A DNA stretch of 63,456 bases, filler included, from Rhabdomonas costata (Eukaryota), in the NCBI GenBank assembly GCA_019059605.1. It is 30 parts of 30 records of this genome, joined end to end, with 100 filler letters (N's around TTAATTAATTAA, not from the genome) between each part and the next. Parts side by side here need not be neighbours in the genome. Positions count along the whole stretch, not along the records: positions 1 to 2,020 come from JAHMHO010006359.1; positions 2,121 to 4,140 come from JAHMHO010006360.1; positions 4,241 to 6,259 come from JAHMHO010006361.1; positions 6,360 to 8,379 come from JAHMHO010006362.1; positions 8,480 to 10,499 come from JAHMHO010006363.1; positions 10,600 to 12,619 come from JAHMHO010006364.1; positions 12,720 to 14,739 come from JAHMHO010006365.1; 23 more parts are not named here. The stretch is one strand, 5' to 3'. Position 1 is the first letter of the stretch; each line of letters begins with the position of its first letter. Below the pieces are notes generated by a model, which made no database searches, was not told where the DNA came from, and saw nothing but the letters and a program-made list of their open reading frames with translations. The position numbers and the translations under genes were made by a program. Of the stretch, positions 1 to 13,163 are shown piece after piece.

Positions 1-792
1 TTTGTGTACCACAATTTCGACACAAAAAGCTACAGTGTAAAATGCTAAGGAACGGTAGTAACAGCAATAGAAACACACGTGTCCGACGTTCGTACAAATT
101 CCAAAGAAAAAATCGAAGAACAATCACACCCCCAATGCAAAATAAACAAACCACCCCACCGGAGTCATCCTCAGAGGTTAGTCTTCTGTTTCTGTGATGT
201 TATTGAATTCTGACGTTTTGAGTATGGGGCGGGTTCCGTAGGCAGAAACCAACGCCGAAAACAAGCATGGTCAAAACACCGCTTTACGTGGCCTCCATTC
301 GAGGCGGAGGCGTAGCCATCAAGCTGCTGCAGGCAAAAGCTCACCCCAAGCCAACCCGCGCACGACGACAGATTCACGCCTCTCCACGGGGCCCCATCCT
401 CTGACGATGCCGCTTTTCAGTCACTCAAATAGCATACGCAGGAATGTGACAACGGCAGAGACCTTCGCCCTCGAAGTCGTTGCACGGCACCCAGGCAGAG
501 GGCTGTGGCGCACCCGGCTTGCCTTCTGCGGCAGATCCGCACAGCGGGGGAAATCAGCCTAAGCATAGAAAAGGGAACCAGGGAACCCCTTCAACACACA
601 ACCAACCAACCGTACGTAGCAGTTTTACATTACAGTTTTCGTATACAGTAGAACGAAGGCGCCTGTGTGAAAAATCACATCAGAAATTTTTGGGTAGGTG
701 AAAACTTCTGCACTCTTGACACCGCTCAGATGAACAAACGGAACTTGATCGCCCCCACTTGACATGTTGGCTATCCCGCTCAGGGCGAGTTT

Positions 793-866
793 CACACGCA
801 CACGGACACGCACACGCACACGCACATATACATACACAAATACAAAAACACAGACACACACACACA
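793..866. repeat. Degenerate (CACACG)n/(CA)n microsatellite, probably intronic
   Basis: cacacgcacacggacacgcacacgcacacgcac... seen directly. Confidence 0.9.
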
Positions 867-887
867 ATTTGCATGGGTGCCGCACAC

Positions 888-992
888 CGCACTGAGTGAG
901 GGGTTGTGCTCGAACCACGCCACCACGGGGTTGGCCGCGATCCACTGCGTCCCCAGGGGCCCGTGGCCGCCGCACAGGGCGGTGGCCGAGTA
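888..992 (-). CDS. Internal exon of unknown protein (YSATALCGGHGPLGTQWIAANPVVAWFEHNPSLSA)
   Basis: GC-rich 105-nt open segment bounded by CAG acceptor and GTGTG donor. Confidence 0.45.
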
Positions 993-2020
993 CTGCGGCG
1001 AGCCCCCCGTGGGCCCCAAAACGCTGGTTTGAATTTTGGTTTCGTGCTGGCTAAGGTGCTCCGCGGCTTCGTGCGCCACGGCCTGAGTCACAAGGATCCG
1101 TGCCGCGTCTTCCAGCGCGAAATCCGCTGAGAACTGTTCCGAGAATGTTTCAGAGTCATAAAAAACATTGTTGAGACCCAGCACAATTTGACAGAACATG
1201 ACACATACATGTAATTTTAGCGCTGGCAGTGTCCTTGAGAAAGGTCAAAAACGTGTTTAACGTGTTTAGCTGGGACACCCGGTACAACTGTCCGCAGGGG
1301 TGCAAAAGGAAACATCCTCGTTAACACGGAGTAAGCTACCGGGCACAGAATTTACCAAGCAGGCACCCAGGGGTGGGCAGGGGTACGTAGTTGGAGGGCG
1401 CAAAGAGTTCGGAAGATAGATATGACAAATATCAAAATGAAATGGATTTCACAATTTTAAATGGCACTCCTTCGGCAGGTTCCCTTTAAATGTCACGGAG
1501 TTTCAATGGAGGGCAAACGTGGACAAGGACAAGGACAAGGACCCTTTTCTGGGTCTGTTGGAGTGCGTGCGGGATGGACACTTGCTGTGACGGTTCCTTT
1601 TCTGAGCTTCCATTATTGAAAGAGTCAGGGTTAGGTCAACTGGCCTCCTCCCAAAAAAGGAACATTGCCGAAAGTATGCCTTATAAATAACTGTCAGTGT
1701 TGGGACCATTGTAAGCGGTTCCCCATGTTCCCCGTCCCTCTCCCCTCACCGTTCACAGTTCCACTTTCATTCAACTGCTTCTTTGTGGTGCACCACACTC
1801 TGACTTCCAACACTACCCTCCAACTATGACTAGGCCTCTGACCAGCCTCTGACCTCACATCGTCACATCGTCTTCATTCACTTGACTTCTCCTCAATTCC
1901 CTTGCCCCAGCTACACTGCGGGGTTATGGCCCACCCTCGGGAACCCTGTCCCCATCTCCGTCTCCGGCGTCATCTACCGCGAGATTTGGGCCCAGTCCTG
2001 CAGTACATTAACCAAACCCC

Positions 2021-2120
2021 NNNNNNNNNNNNNNNNNNNNNNNNNNNNNNNNNNNNNNNNNNNNTTAATTAATTAANNNNNNNNNNNNNNNNNNNNNNNN
2101 NNNNNNNNNNNNNNNNNNNN
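2021..2120. other. Artificial contig spacer N44-TTAATTAATTAA-N44 (first of 29, recurring about every 2.12 kb)
   Basis: Same 100-nt linker with six-frame stops between contigs of about 2016-2021 bp. Confidence 0.99.
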
Positions 2121-2124
2121 CCAG

Positions 2125-3005
2125 TCATGGCGGACGTGGAAGTATCCCTCGTGGGTACTGCGGTACAGAATTCGCTGTAGATAACGTCAACAAGCTCCAA
2201 ACACCATTCACAAGCATCCGAACACAGGTACACACAGGAAGCAAGCTCTTCATTGGATTGCGAACTGTTAGAAAGTTCTTACTTTGGTTCTGGCGACAAT
2301 GACGACAAGCGGCCGCGATTGTGAACGCTGAGAAACTCTGTTGCGACTTTCCAATTGGTAAAGACCCTCGACCGCCGCCGGCACAATAGCAAACTGTTGC
2401 ATAACAGAGAACGAGAAGTACCTCTGCTTCGGCACGAAGCTTCTCCGCAACTTCGTCACGAAGTGGCTCCCCCATACTGCGCTTTGGGACAGGCGAAGTC
2501 CGGTGGAGTTTCTCGAAGGCACAGCAGAAGATCTCGACGGCGCTGTGGAAAACCGTGAGGTGATCCCGGAATGTTCTGCGGAAAAGGGATGGAGGACATA
2601 ATAGAAGAAGAGCGCGAATGACCACCCAAGCGCTCAGTGGTGCTGAGCTTGCAGTGCACGAGCAAACTACTGCCAAGTGTGAAAAGGTACGCTTCTCGGT
2701 GACCAATGACGGCCTGCAAGTTTCGGGGACGTTCAACAACAGAATGCCGAAGTGGCTTTCAACAACAATCTTCATCAGTCCAAATACAGATGGCATCCCT
2801 CCTATCTCTATTGCGATGAGTGGAGAAGTGCGTTCGCGCGAGTGTTGGGGGGGAATGGGGCCCGCAACCTGTAGTACGCCGTCAGCTCGCTTTGGAACAC
2901 TGACAGCACCTCGCTCAGCACAACCTGCTGCAGGTGCGCCGTGGGAGTGCCCGGGAGTAGCTCCGCACACAGCCGCAGCCCCGCCACGGTATCAGCCATT
3001 GTCAA
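2125..3005 (-). CDS. Hypothetical protein (long open frame, exon structure unresolved)
   Basis: 281-codon ORF plus an overlapping upstream ORF (MADTVAGLRL...); no recognised motif. Confidence 0.4.
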
Positions 3006-3627
3006 AAACTGCGCCCTGAGAAAGGCAGCATATGGTGCAGCACGGCATCAAGTTTCCCTGGCACGTTTACGGAAAGTGAGGGCGGGTTCTATTTTCTTTC
3101 CCACAACTTTCCCCCTTTCTTCTTCTCTCAGCAAATCCTCTCTTATTCAAGGGAAGGCACCCAAAGGTGACGCTGTTTCCTGTGCAAATTCAGCTCGACC
3201 GGGGAAGTACCACCGACTTTCCAGCCCTGTTTACAGCTGTATACATCGGAAAAGCAATAGCACTCATTTTTTCTGCACGGACTCACTGGCCCCAGCCAAA
3301 AATTCATTGCTGCCCTCCACCGTCATCACTGTCACGACCAAGAAACGCCCCCCCCCCCGGCACATCCCTTCAACAAGTGATATTCCTCGGGACGGTCGGG
3401 AAAAAATCGGTAAAGAAATCCAATGACACTGACAACTCATCCGGTGTGAGCCGTTGCGCGGCAAGTGCACACTCTCGACTCCAATTTCGTGGTGGTGGTG
3501 GTGGTGTGCCCCTACAAGTCTTCTATTGGAATCTAGAATCCGAGGCTGAAGCTGTAAACATGTGCTGTCGCTTGTAAAGGAATTCAGGCGTCAGTCTTTA
3601 TGGGTCCCAAAGGGACTAGTTAGCCTT

Positions 3628-3924
3628 TCATGGTTTTAAAGATTCGGTCACCGTTGGTTGTACAGGGCAGAATAGTTCCAGTCTGTGCCAGATGAGGGTG
3701 GTAAAGGTAAAATTGGGAGGAGTGGATCGGTTGAAAGTCAGCCGGTAGCTGGTAGCTGGTGAGGGTGGGCACCGGAAAGTGTTCGGATCTCGGGAGTACG
3801 CGCGGAGCACGGCCTGCAGTCGCAGCAGGGTGTCCTCGTACTGGGAGACCTGCAGGCACCCTGCCAGGCGCTTCAAAAAGGACGACAACGACCCCGAGGA
3901 GCGCTCCACGACCCCAGGCCCACC
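3628..3924 (-). CDS. Probable terminal exon of unknown protein
   Basis: TACAG acceptor followed by GC-rich open frame (...LKRLAGCLQVSQYEDTLLRLQAVLRAY...). Confidence 0.4.
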   Translation of the reverse strand, partial: GGPGVVERSSGSLSSFLKRLAGCLQVSQYEDTLLRLQAVLRAYSRDPNTFRCPPSPATSYRLTFNRSTPPNFTFTTLIWHRLELFCPVQPTVTESLKP

Positions 3925-4262
3925 TGTACACATACGCAAACAGGGTTCGCCATACCAACTACAACAGCATCAGCAGAGGAGCGCCACGACAGGAGATGTT
4001 TTATCGCACAGGGGTCCACGATGCGCTAGAAAACTGGAATCCACCAAGCGTGGGCGAATATACCATGCCTGGTTCAGGAAGTCCTTTCTGGTAAACATTT
4101 CTGTGAAAAGCGTTGCTCCGTTCCGCGCCCAGGACAACCCNNNNNNNNNNNNNNNNNNNNNNNNNNNNNNNNNNNNNNNNNNNNTTAATTAATTAANNNN
4201 NNNNNNNNNNNNNNNNNNNNNNNNNNNNNNNNNNNNNNNNTTGTGGTGTGCAGTGGATCGCG

Positions 4263-5956
4263 CACTCACAGGAGAAGCATCCGCGATCCACTGCACAGCA
4301 CGTGCCAAATGTCCACGCCCATAAAAAAAAAAGAGAAAGCCACCGAGGATTGCTTCGGTTCGCACCTCATCAACCCATTAGCAGTTGGATCATTATTTCT
4401 TCGCTTCACTTCAATAGTTAGGAACTGGCCATTGAATGAGAGCAGTTTGGACTTAACAGCAGCGAAAAAAGGCTGAAATCTATATACTGCAATATAATCC
4501 ATGCGCCTCAAGACAATGCACACCTCATAAGTATGAGAAGGGGCACGACAAAATCCGACACAACTCACGGTCACTTCCAATGATTCAGTGATTTCCAACG
4601 TAGCTAACTTTGCGTATAAAAGTAAAAACTGCAAAGACACACAAATCAGATAAATCCCATGCCGACCAAAGTTTAACCAAAACTGAGATATCAATACCTC
4701 GGGATGATGGGTTTACTCGCTTTGACCGATGCTATAAGACCGATAAAGACAGATGGTTCCTCAACGGAGATGCATCCTCCGTGGGCATTTTACATCTCTT
4801 CCACACCTGCAGCTGGGAGGGGATGGCGACACCCACTGGAGGTGGAGGAAAGGACATATCCCACCTTTCCGCGAATTCGCAATGCATCACCCCCCCCCGA
4901 AAAAAGAGTATCTTTTGTTTCGTAAAAACACCGTAGTCGCCGAGAAAGAGGTACTGCGTGTCCTTCGGATTCCCGCCAATCTCGAAGAGCTTCAGCTGAG
5001 TGAAAAAAAGGGAACGGTCAACTCCGGATACCGCAGCCACAGCACATGACCAATTGGCTGAGCCCCACACTGGAAGCATCTTTTAAGACCCACCCTCGAA
5101 AAGCCACGTGGGTTTATATTTCGCGAACTGTCCGCTTTCATTCTTGCAGTGAAATCTGCACCACTTATAAGCGGTTTTTTCTTTTTTTTTCGAGGGTGTG
5201 TGTATCAAAGGTTTCGTGACGTTCCCATATTATGCATGGTGGAATGTGAGCTGTGTGAACAGATCTGCAGTATGGGGAATCCTTCATTTTAAAAAAAAGG
5301 ACCATGCACAATGGATTGGTAACAAGACGACAGGTCGTCTTCTTTGACTTAGGGACAGTTATGTCTGTTTGTTCGCGTTTGTGTATGTTTGCGCTGTAAA
5401 GACATACAGAAAAGCACACACATACACGTGAAGGAGAGGGATGATGGAAAGAAACGAAAAGCTGCCCCTAACCTGGAAGAATTGAGTTTTCCTGGTCTGA
5501 TTTCGTCGTGGCGTGTGTGAACCTCCACGCGTCAAAATCAAATTCATTAGATAATGAAATAAAAAAGCCCGCGGCATAATTCACCAAAAACTACCGCGCA
5601 AACGCGAAACATCGTCACATTATTTTGGCATAACGGCCCAAATCTGTTTCATGCAGAAAGCAGCCTGGATACACGCACACGCATCCCCCCCCAAGACAAC
5701 TATATGCAGCGGTCAGCCTTACCAGGTCATAGAACTGCCCGTGGATATCCCCGACAACGGTGACCGGGTCGGTGACGTGGAACAGGTTGGCCTCCTTCTT
5801 GAAGATCGCCGCTGCCTTGTTCACCAACAGGATGGCGTCGTCAACGGTCAGCAGGCCCTCCTTGGCAAAGTGCTCCTTCATATTGGCCAGAATGGGCAGC
5901 CCATCCTTGTCCCACAGCCGAGCCTTCTCCAAGGGCTCCCACATCGGCGCCGTAAC
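4263..5956 (-). CDS. CNA: Ser/Thr phosphatase 2B (calcineurin A) catalytic subunit, partial; exons 5956-5723, 4995-4932, 4290-~4263
   Basis: Spliced PPP motifs GDIHGQFYDL|LKLFEIGGNPKDTQYLFLGDY|VDRGCFSCE; PP2B-like KEHFAKEGLL; GT-AG introns with matching phases. Confidence 0.9.
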
Positions 5957-6359
5957 CTGTGCACACACCGCAATACACCCAGTGTGGCAGAGCCTGCCTG
6001 TCCTGTATTACCGTAGCATCGTTGCACCCGGGTTCCAAATCGAAGCCCCGGTCACCACCAAAATGAGGTGATAAGTTGAGATGCGGCACAAACAAACATC
6101 TTGCATTGCCCATAAGCCTTATTTTTTGTTTCAAGAAATGACAGAAGAGAAGAAGCTATGAGGAATTTCACGGGACGGAAAACACTCGAGTAATGACAGA
6201 CGGAGAAAGGGCGCAACGGTTTGGCAGAGAGAACGGCCAGACAAAAGGAAACAAAAACCNNNNNNNNNNNNNNNNNNNNNNNNNNNNNNNNNNNNNNNNN
6301 NNNTTAATTAATTAANNNNNNNNNNNNNNNNNNNNNNNNNNNNNNNNNNNNNNNNNNNN

Positions 6360-6540
6360 GGGGGGTTGGCACCTCCCTGACCCAGACACCAACGGACCTT
6401 CCAACCCTACCCCTGAGACCCCTCCATACCCTGGGGATGATGGTGCATTTAAGACCCGCTACCTGCATCTAAGAGACCCTGGGGACCTACCCGACACCAA
6501 AACCACCACCATGACCCCAGGAACCCGATGCACCCATGCC
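6360..6540 (+). repeat. Satellite-like interspersed repeat, copy 1 (GAGACCC/GACACC/GCATCT subunits)
   Basis: 6413-6480 aligns with the reverse complement of 60703-60770; CCCAGACACCAAC is shared exactly. Confidence 0.75.
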
Positions 6541-6825
6541 ATCATTTGGTTGAACGAGCATCGGTCGCCAAAACTTTTAGCATCTGAGCAAAAAGAGTTT
6601 ATCGAAGTTTAGAAAACGTGTTTTTGTAAAAAGCGAGAAGCATGAAGTCAAAAATAAATCACGTGAAAAACACTGAAAACGAACAATTGAAAAAAGTAAT
6701 TGTATCGGATTATTGACTGTTTTCATTTCTGCGTGGCAATCCATTGTGGCTCATTGTGCTCCTGTTTTGTCACCAGAGGCGCCCAGGCACTGGGACGTGA
6801 CAAAATTTGTTCCCTGTGCTCTTAG

Positions 6826-7684
6826 GAATGGATGTACGTAATCAGCGAAGCCCCCAACCCGTATGGAGCCTACAACGAGGCGATGCTCAGCCTGCTGTTT
6901 GGGAACCGCGCCAAAGGGGCATCTGCCCTGCAGGTTGTCGCCCACCAAGCCTCCTACTGTGGATGTGGAAGCGCCAAATGCCCCTTCCTCAACAATTTCC
7001 GATTGTTGTGGTCCTGAATCTCCGCACATGCCCCCCCTTTAAGTTTTCGAAGAAATCGCTTTGCAACAGTCCAAGTTACTTTTTCAGCTTATATTCACTG
7101 TGTCTTCTTTGTGTAGCTCAACTGTGGCCACAATGAAGCGAACAACAGATTTGGTTTTGCACTCCCTTGTCCTCTCTGGTGGACGATCATGGCTGTAGTA
7201 CATTAGAACCCCCCCCCCCTATTCACTGTTGCATAGCGGTGTTATTCACTTTGTGCGTAGGGATGTAAATATCGTCTCGCAACGTTTACCGCGGCTTAGA
7301 GGGTGATGCAGGTGTCCCCATTGAAAACTCCATTGGATGATTTTGCATGGGCTTAGGAGGTGATGCACGTGAACGGATGGAAGGATTTGGTTTTGGGCTG
7401 CTGCGCTCCGCGGCCAACGATCCTGGGATATTTCATGTCGTACTTCTTTTCAACCTTCGGATCCGTATTCTCAATAAGTGTGGCGATCGAGCGATCCCTG
7501 CTCACGGGTCTGCGCAATGGGGGGTGGGGTGGGGGTCCAATTTACTACACCCACGATTATTCTGGAAATGGGCCTTGCCATTTCAGAGTTATCTCACGGA
7601 GCATCCCGAGGACTTCGTTGCGAAGGATGCCCTGGACCTCAGCACTCGCACTGAGGGAGCAGGGACTGCCCCCCTCTGCTGGAT
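6826..7684 (+). CDS. Unknown protein, two exons (6826-6933, 7587-7684)
   Basis: AG/GT-bounded, phase-compatible exons: EWMYVISEAPNPYGAYNEAMLSLLFG...LQ|SYLTEHPEDFVAKDALDL. Confidence 0.5.
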
Positions 7685-10600
7685 GTACGGCTGGTCCCAC
7701 CCTGCCAGGCTGAATTCCTTTGCGATGTAGATCTCTGAAAAGGGGCTTTGCTTGTGTTTATGCGTTTTCTGCTGTGTTTATGTGTGTGGCTTCCATTTTC
7801 TGGGTGACGCAGGACGCCTTACCTTCGGGGACCGTTTCCCAACCCCCCGGGGGAAAAACTGTCATTCGTGCCGTTTTTTCAGCTGCTTCACGAGTCGACA
7901 GGCTCCCACCTCCTGTTCGTGGCTTCCGTTGGTCTCCTATATCGTGCTTCTGTAATATCATTTTCCTTGAGATTGGCCTGCACTGGCATGCCAATTGTTT
8001 TTCCATTGATGAGTGTCCTGGAGTGCTTCCGAGCAAATGCGACGCGGGGTGTGATGCGTGCCTCGCAACACCGCTTCGTGCCCACATTCCCTGCGACGGT
8101 GAAGACATTCTTGGTCTGCTCCCGCCCACGCTTCTACAATCCTCTGAGCCGTCAATCTCTCTCTCATTCCTCCTTTCCTTTCTCTCTCTCCTTCCTCCGT
8201 GTCAAGTGTTTGTTTGATTCGTGTTTGTGTGTGTGATCATGGAAGCTCAAGCTAGGTGTAGGTTCCTTGCGAGTGTATGTGGCATGCGTTTTTTTTGCTG
8301 GGACGGTCATTGTCCACTTTTATCGGGCTCGAGAAGATTTGCTTGGGTTAAGTTGTAGGGCATTGATTTGTTCGAACAANNNNNNNNNNNNNNNNNNNNN
8401 NNNNNNNNNNNNNNNNNNNNNNNTTAATTAATTAANNNNNNNNNNNNNNNNNNNNNNNNNNNNNNNNNNNNNNNNNNNNAAATCAGTGTAATGTGTGCAA
8501 GTAATCAGTGGAAGTGTTGTAAAAAAAAAAAGGCAACAATAATTCGCAAGGAAAGCAGAAAGGGAAAGAAAAGATCGAACCAAAACAATTTGGGTGGAAA
8601 TGAACAACTGAATACATACATAGAAATAGGACATTGAGGGGATAAGGCAGGTTGCATAACAAGGGCAAGGGGAGCCCACACAGCAGGCTGTGGACACGCC
8701 TCAACGTCTGCGCAGTACCAGCACAGTGCGTTCATTCTTTTTGATGTCACTTCGATTGGTTGCTTTCAGTGGGAAGTGCGCTACTTATCCAAGGCTGTTT
8801 CCCTGCAGCGCAAGTAAAGCACCTCTTCTTGCCTCCCTTACAAACACAAGCATCCATTCATGCCGGGGGACAGGGGAGTCGAGCAAGAGAAGAAAGTGAC
8901 AGTCTTGGGCGGTTTCGCCTATTGTGTACCTTCTTCGCGTTCGGGAGTTTCCTGCATTCGGAAAGTGTTTGCAAGCGGAGATAGAGACCACCTTGGGCGG
9001 GTTCCCCCCTTGCTTGCTTTTGCTTTTGTTCGCCATGGTTCATCCAAGCTCGCAGCGTTTAAGGGCCGGGGGTGAGACAAAGCGAGCTTGAAAAAAAAAA
9101 GAAGCCCCCTTTAAGAAAACACGAAGTATGGCGTCCAGACTCTAGCTTCCATGCTTGGGTGCCGCGTGTCACATCCCATCATCTTTGGAGAGTGAGAAAA
9201 CGTTTACACCCGAGGGTCTTGGCCACACCTCACTCACGCACCCACATAGATACCGCCCTGCCGCAGCTGCAGCGCGCGGCGGAGATTCCTCTTCTTGTAC
9301 AGCTGCAGCTTCTTGGTGATTCCAGTGGCGCGCTGCTGGTCATCCTCTGCGAAGAGGCGAGAAGGTAATAATAGTTTATCAACTGAACCAAAGCGCTCAC
9401 CTTCCACGACTTGTCTTTTTGAACGCAAAAAAAAATGGAAGAAGGGGCGAGTCCGCTGTACGTAACGGGGACAGTGGGTTGGGAGGTGGTGCATGGGAGG
9501 GGGGGTACTGGATGATGTGGAGGGTGTCTAAAAGTCCAAGGGGGAAAGTTTCCACATTTCCAAAAACGGCCTCCGAGAACAAATAAGGAGGGTATACCTT
9601 GCTGCATGTAATTCAGGTTCGGAACCTTGATCTGTCAGAAAATACATAAACGCCGTTAGGGAAGAAAAAAGCCGGCAAACTGCAAGTGCAGAAAGCTATG
9701 GATTTGGACTCCTTCCAGAGAACAAGTGAAACCACCAAGCACATATTTTCACAGCGTCTCCATCGCATGCATGACTCACCCCAAGCTTCAACACCACACC
9801 ACCGGTCTCAGCTCCCCTCAGCCCTGCCACATCAGAGCATTCCCAACTTGCCCAATGTCAGTTTGAGATCTTGGTATGCCTTCCTCCTGTGAAGACGATT
9901 TCGTATTCTTTTCCCAGTTTCCCCAGACCAGTTTCGAGCCAATTTTCCACGGTTTCACTTCACCCTGCCTTTGAGATGATTTTCCAGTTTTCCACCACCC
10001 AAGAGAGGAATTCTCCGGTGCAGCGGTGCTGAGACAACCCCACAAAAAGTACCCGGTCTTTGAGTCGGTTGTAGTCGAGCCTGTCCACGTTGAAGTCCTC
10101 CAAAGGGAAGTGCGTCGCGGCGACCGAGCCGCCCACGGTGGTCTTCACGAGAACCGAAGGCAACGGCTTCCCAGGTCTGGTGGGGTGGGTCGTCCCACAA
10201 GTGGACTTGCAAAATGCATAAATGCGCATTGGACGGTTTAGCGTGCTCAAGACGACCAAATGAAGGTTTGGCAAGGTCTGCGAAAACGCCGAATAGCGCC
10301 TTCGAAACGCCATCTAGCGGCACGTACAAAAGTTGGGGCGGCGATTCGGCAGATACACAAAGCTTTTGCGTGCTAGAACGTTGCTGCCAACAGAAAGGGG
10401 AAAGGTTTCACACTTCGATATTGGAAACATGCTATCCGCACGACTGTATACACTGTATACACTACTTCACAAGCTGGCAAGCATGGGAGCAAAACCAAAN
10501 NNNNNNNNNNNNNNNNNNNNNNNNNNNNNNNNNNNNNNNNNNNTTAATTAATTAANNNNNNNNNNNNNNNNNNNNNNNNNNNNNNNNNNNNNNNNNNNNG

Positions 10601-11901
10601 TGGGGGGAGAGAAAAGAAAACAGGACTATGAAGTCACGACAATGCAGAGGTCCGCACGGTTGTACGCATGACAATGGATTGTAAGATTGGAAACAGGACT
10701 AATTGAAGACGCCCTGGAACATATCTTCACGGCAACCACAGCAACGCAGCCAAAATTGCTTTGAAGCGGACGGGCCCTGTGTCCTGTGATAGCCCGCTCC
10801 AACGCATATCAGCCCTGTCGTTAAGCATACTCGGCAACTCGAGGAAGCTGAATTATGTGCGAGTGGAAACAACTGCCGGCACTGAAATTCCCAGCTTTCC
10901 CTTCATTGGCAAAAAAAAAAGGCATCAGCAAACACATACCATAAAGTCGTCATGCTCGTGAGCCTGGCCCTGAAATACACAAGAATGCACAAAATAAACC
11001 GCATCTGTATTGAGCAAAGCATCTGGGAGAAATTCGGAAGTGGGGAGCACCTCTGTGAAAGAAACAAAGATGTTCCGGTTCGAGAAATGGAAGCAGATTA
11101 GATAAAAATGATAAAAACACAGACCACTGCACTGCTCCCGAACTGTTGCTTCAGCGAGCGGAGCGCGGACTTGGCGTTGTGGACAGAATCAAAGCCATCC
11201 ATTTCCCACAAAAATGGACAGAACCGGAATCCTATCGCGAAGGAGCCACCAACACGAAGCCCGCGGAGCATGACTGAGTGCTGTGTTTTGTGGCGAGCCG
11301 AGCACGAAGTGGAAAGCGAACGCAACGTGAAGATCGATCATATGCAATCAAGAAAGTTGTCGAAGCAGGGTGTTCACAAGTCGGGCTATTGTCCCCCACT
11401 GATTCCAAACCACAGCGTCATGGGCCATTGTGTGGAACTGCGTGTGGTCACTGTATGCACGCGACTAGGCACCAATGGTGTTAGCACTGGGTCCTCAGCT
11501 CAGAAAAAGACTTCAATTGCAAGCAAGGTGGGACAATCGAACAACTTACTTCTGTGTTGCCTATCCTCAATACCAATATTTCTCATCTGCAATTCAAGGA
11601 AGGTTCACTCCAAAAGCAGTATGCAACCACGGAGACATTCAAGTCCTCGCCAAACCAGAAATCAGAGAGCCATCGAAGGGAGAGATCGAAAGAGAAAAGG
11701 AAAGGAGAACCGCTCCACTTGCTCTGAGGAACTCCGGTTCCCACCAGACAGTAAAAGATAAAGAAACTGATAGAGAGAGAAAGAGGTGGGGATGGGGTCC
11801 CGCCGCCAAAGGACTCCACTCCTGCATCCCCATCCGGATAGCAGAGAGGTCTTAAATGGCAACGAATGGGTGGAGGTGAAGGGGCATCCCTCCCGGGGAA
11901 T

Positions 11902-12590
<689 letters not shown>

Positions 12591-13163
12591 TCATGCAGTA
12601 TAGTAGGCCCCACCAACCCNNNNNNNNNNNNNNNNNNNNNNNNNNNNNNNNNNNNNNNNNNNNTTAATTAATTAANNNNNNNNNNNNNNNNNNNNNNNNN
12701 NNNNNNNNNNNNNNNNNNNTTGCGTTGACTTTGTCAAGCCCTTCGGGTAAAAATCACTTAAAAAACCCCAGTTGCTCCCCATCCCCTTTGCTCTTTCCAA
12801 GCGTTGTGGGTTCGCGTGAGTTTGTTGAATTTGCGTGGAGTTTCTGTCTTGGTTTTGTGTTGGTGTTCGGGTGTCGTTTTGAGCGGTCTCGCCTGTGTGG
12901 GTTCTTTCCAGAGCAGAACCTTTTGCCGTTTCGGAATCCTGCGGCCGTTGGTTGTGTCCCAAGTGTTCCGGTTTACCGTCTTCCTCCTTAGCTGCCCCTG
13001 AAGAGAAAAGTGAAATGTCAGGTTGAGAGCAAAAGGGTTGGAGTCTGCAGGTACTAGCGTTGCCCGGACGTTTTCTTATTGGCAAATCGACACGTAATGG
13101 AAGGATAAAACGACGCCGCCTTGCGCATTGTTTTTGGGCTGGCACCCCCCACTGTAAAAGCTG

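Noticed and set aside
25-36. AAAAGCTACAGT resembling part of the diplonemid spliced leader
   Set aside because: Only 12 nt match and the conserved TTTCTGTACT...TTG continuation is missing; expected by chance.
2065-2076. Regularly spaced TTAATTAATTAA as a biological repeat or CRISPR-like array
   Set aside because: It always sits inside the N-padded spacer; it is an artificial six-frame-stop linker.
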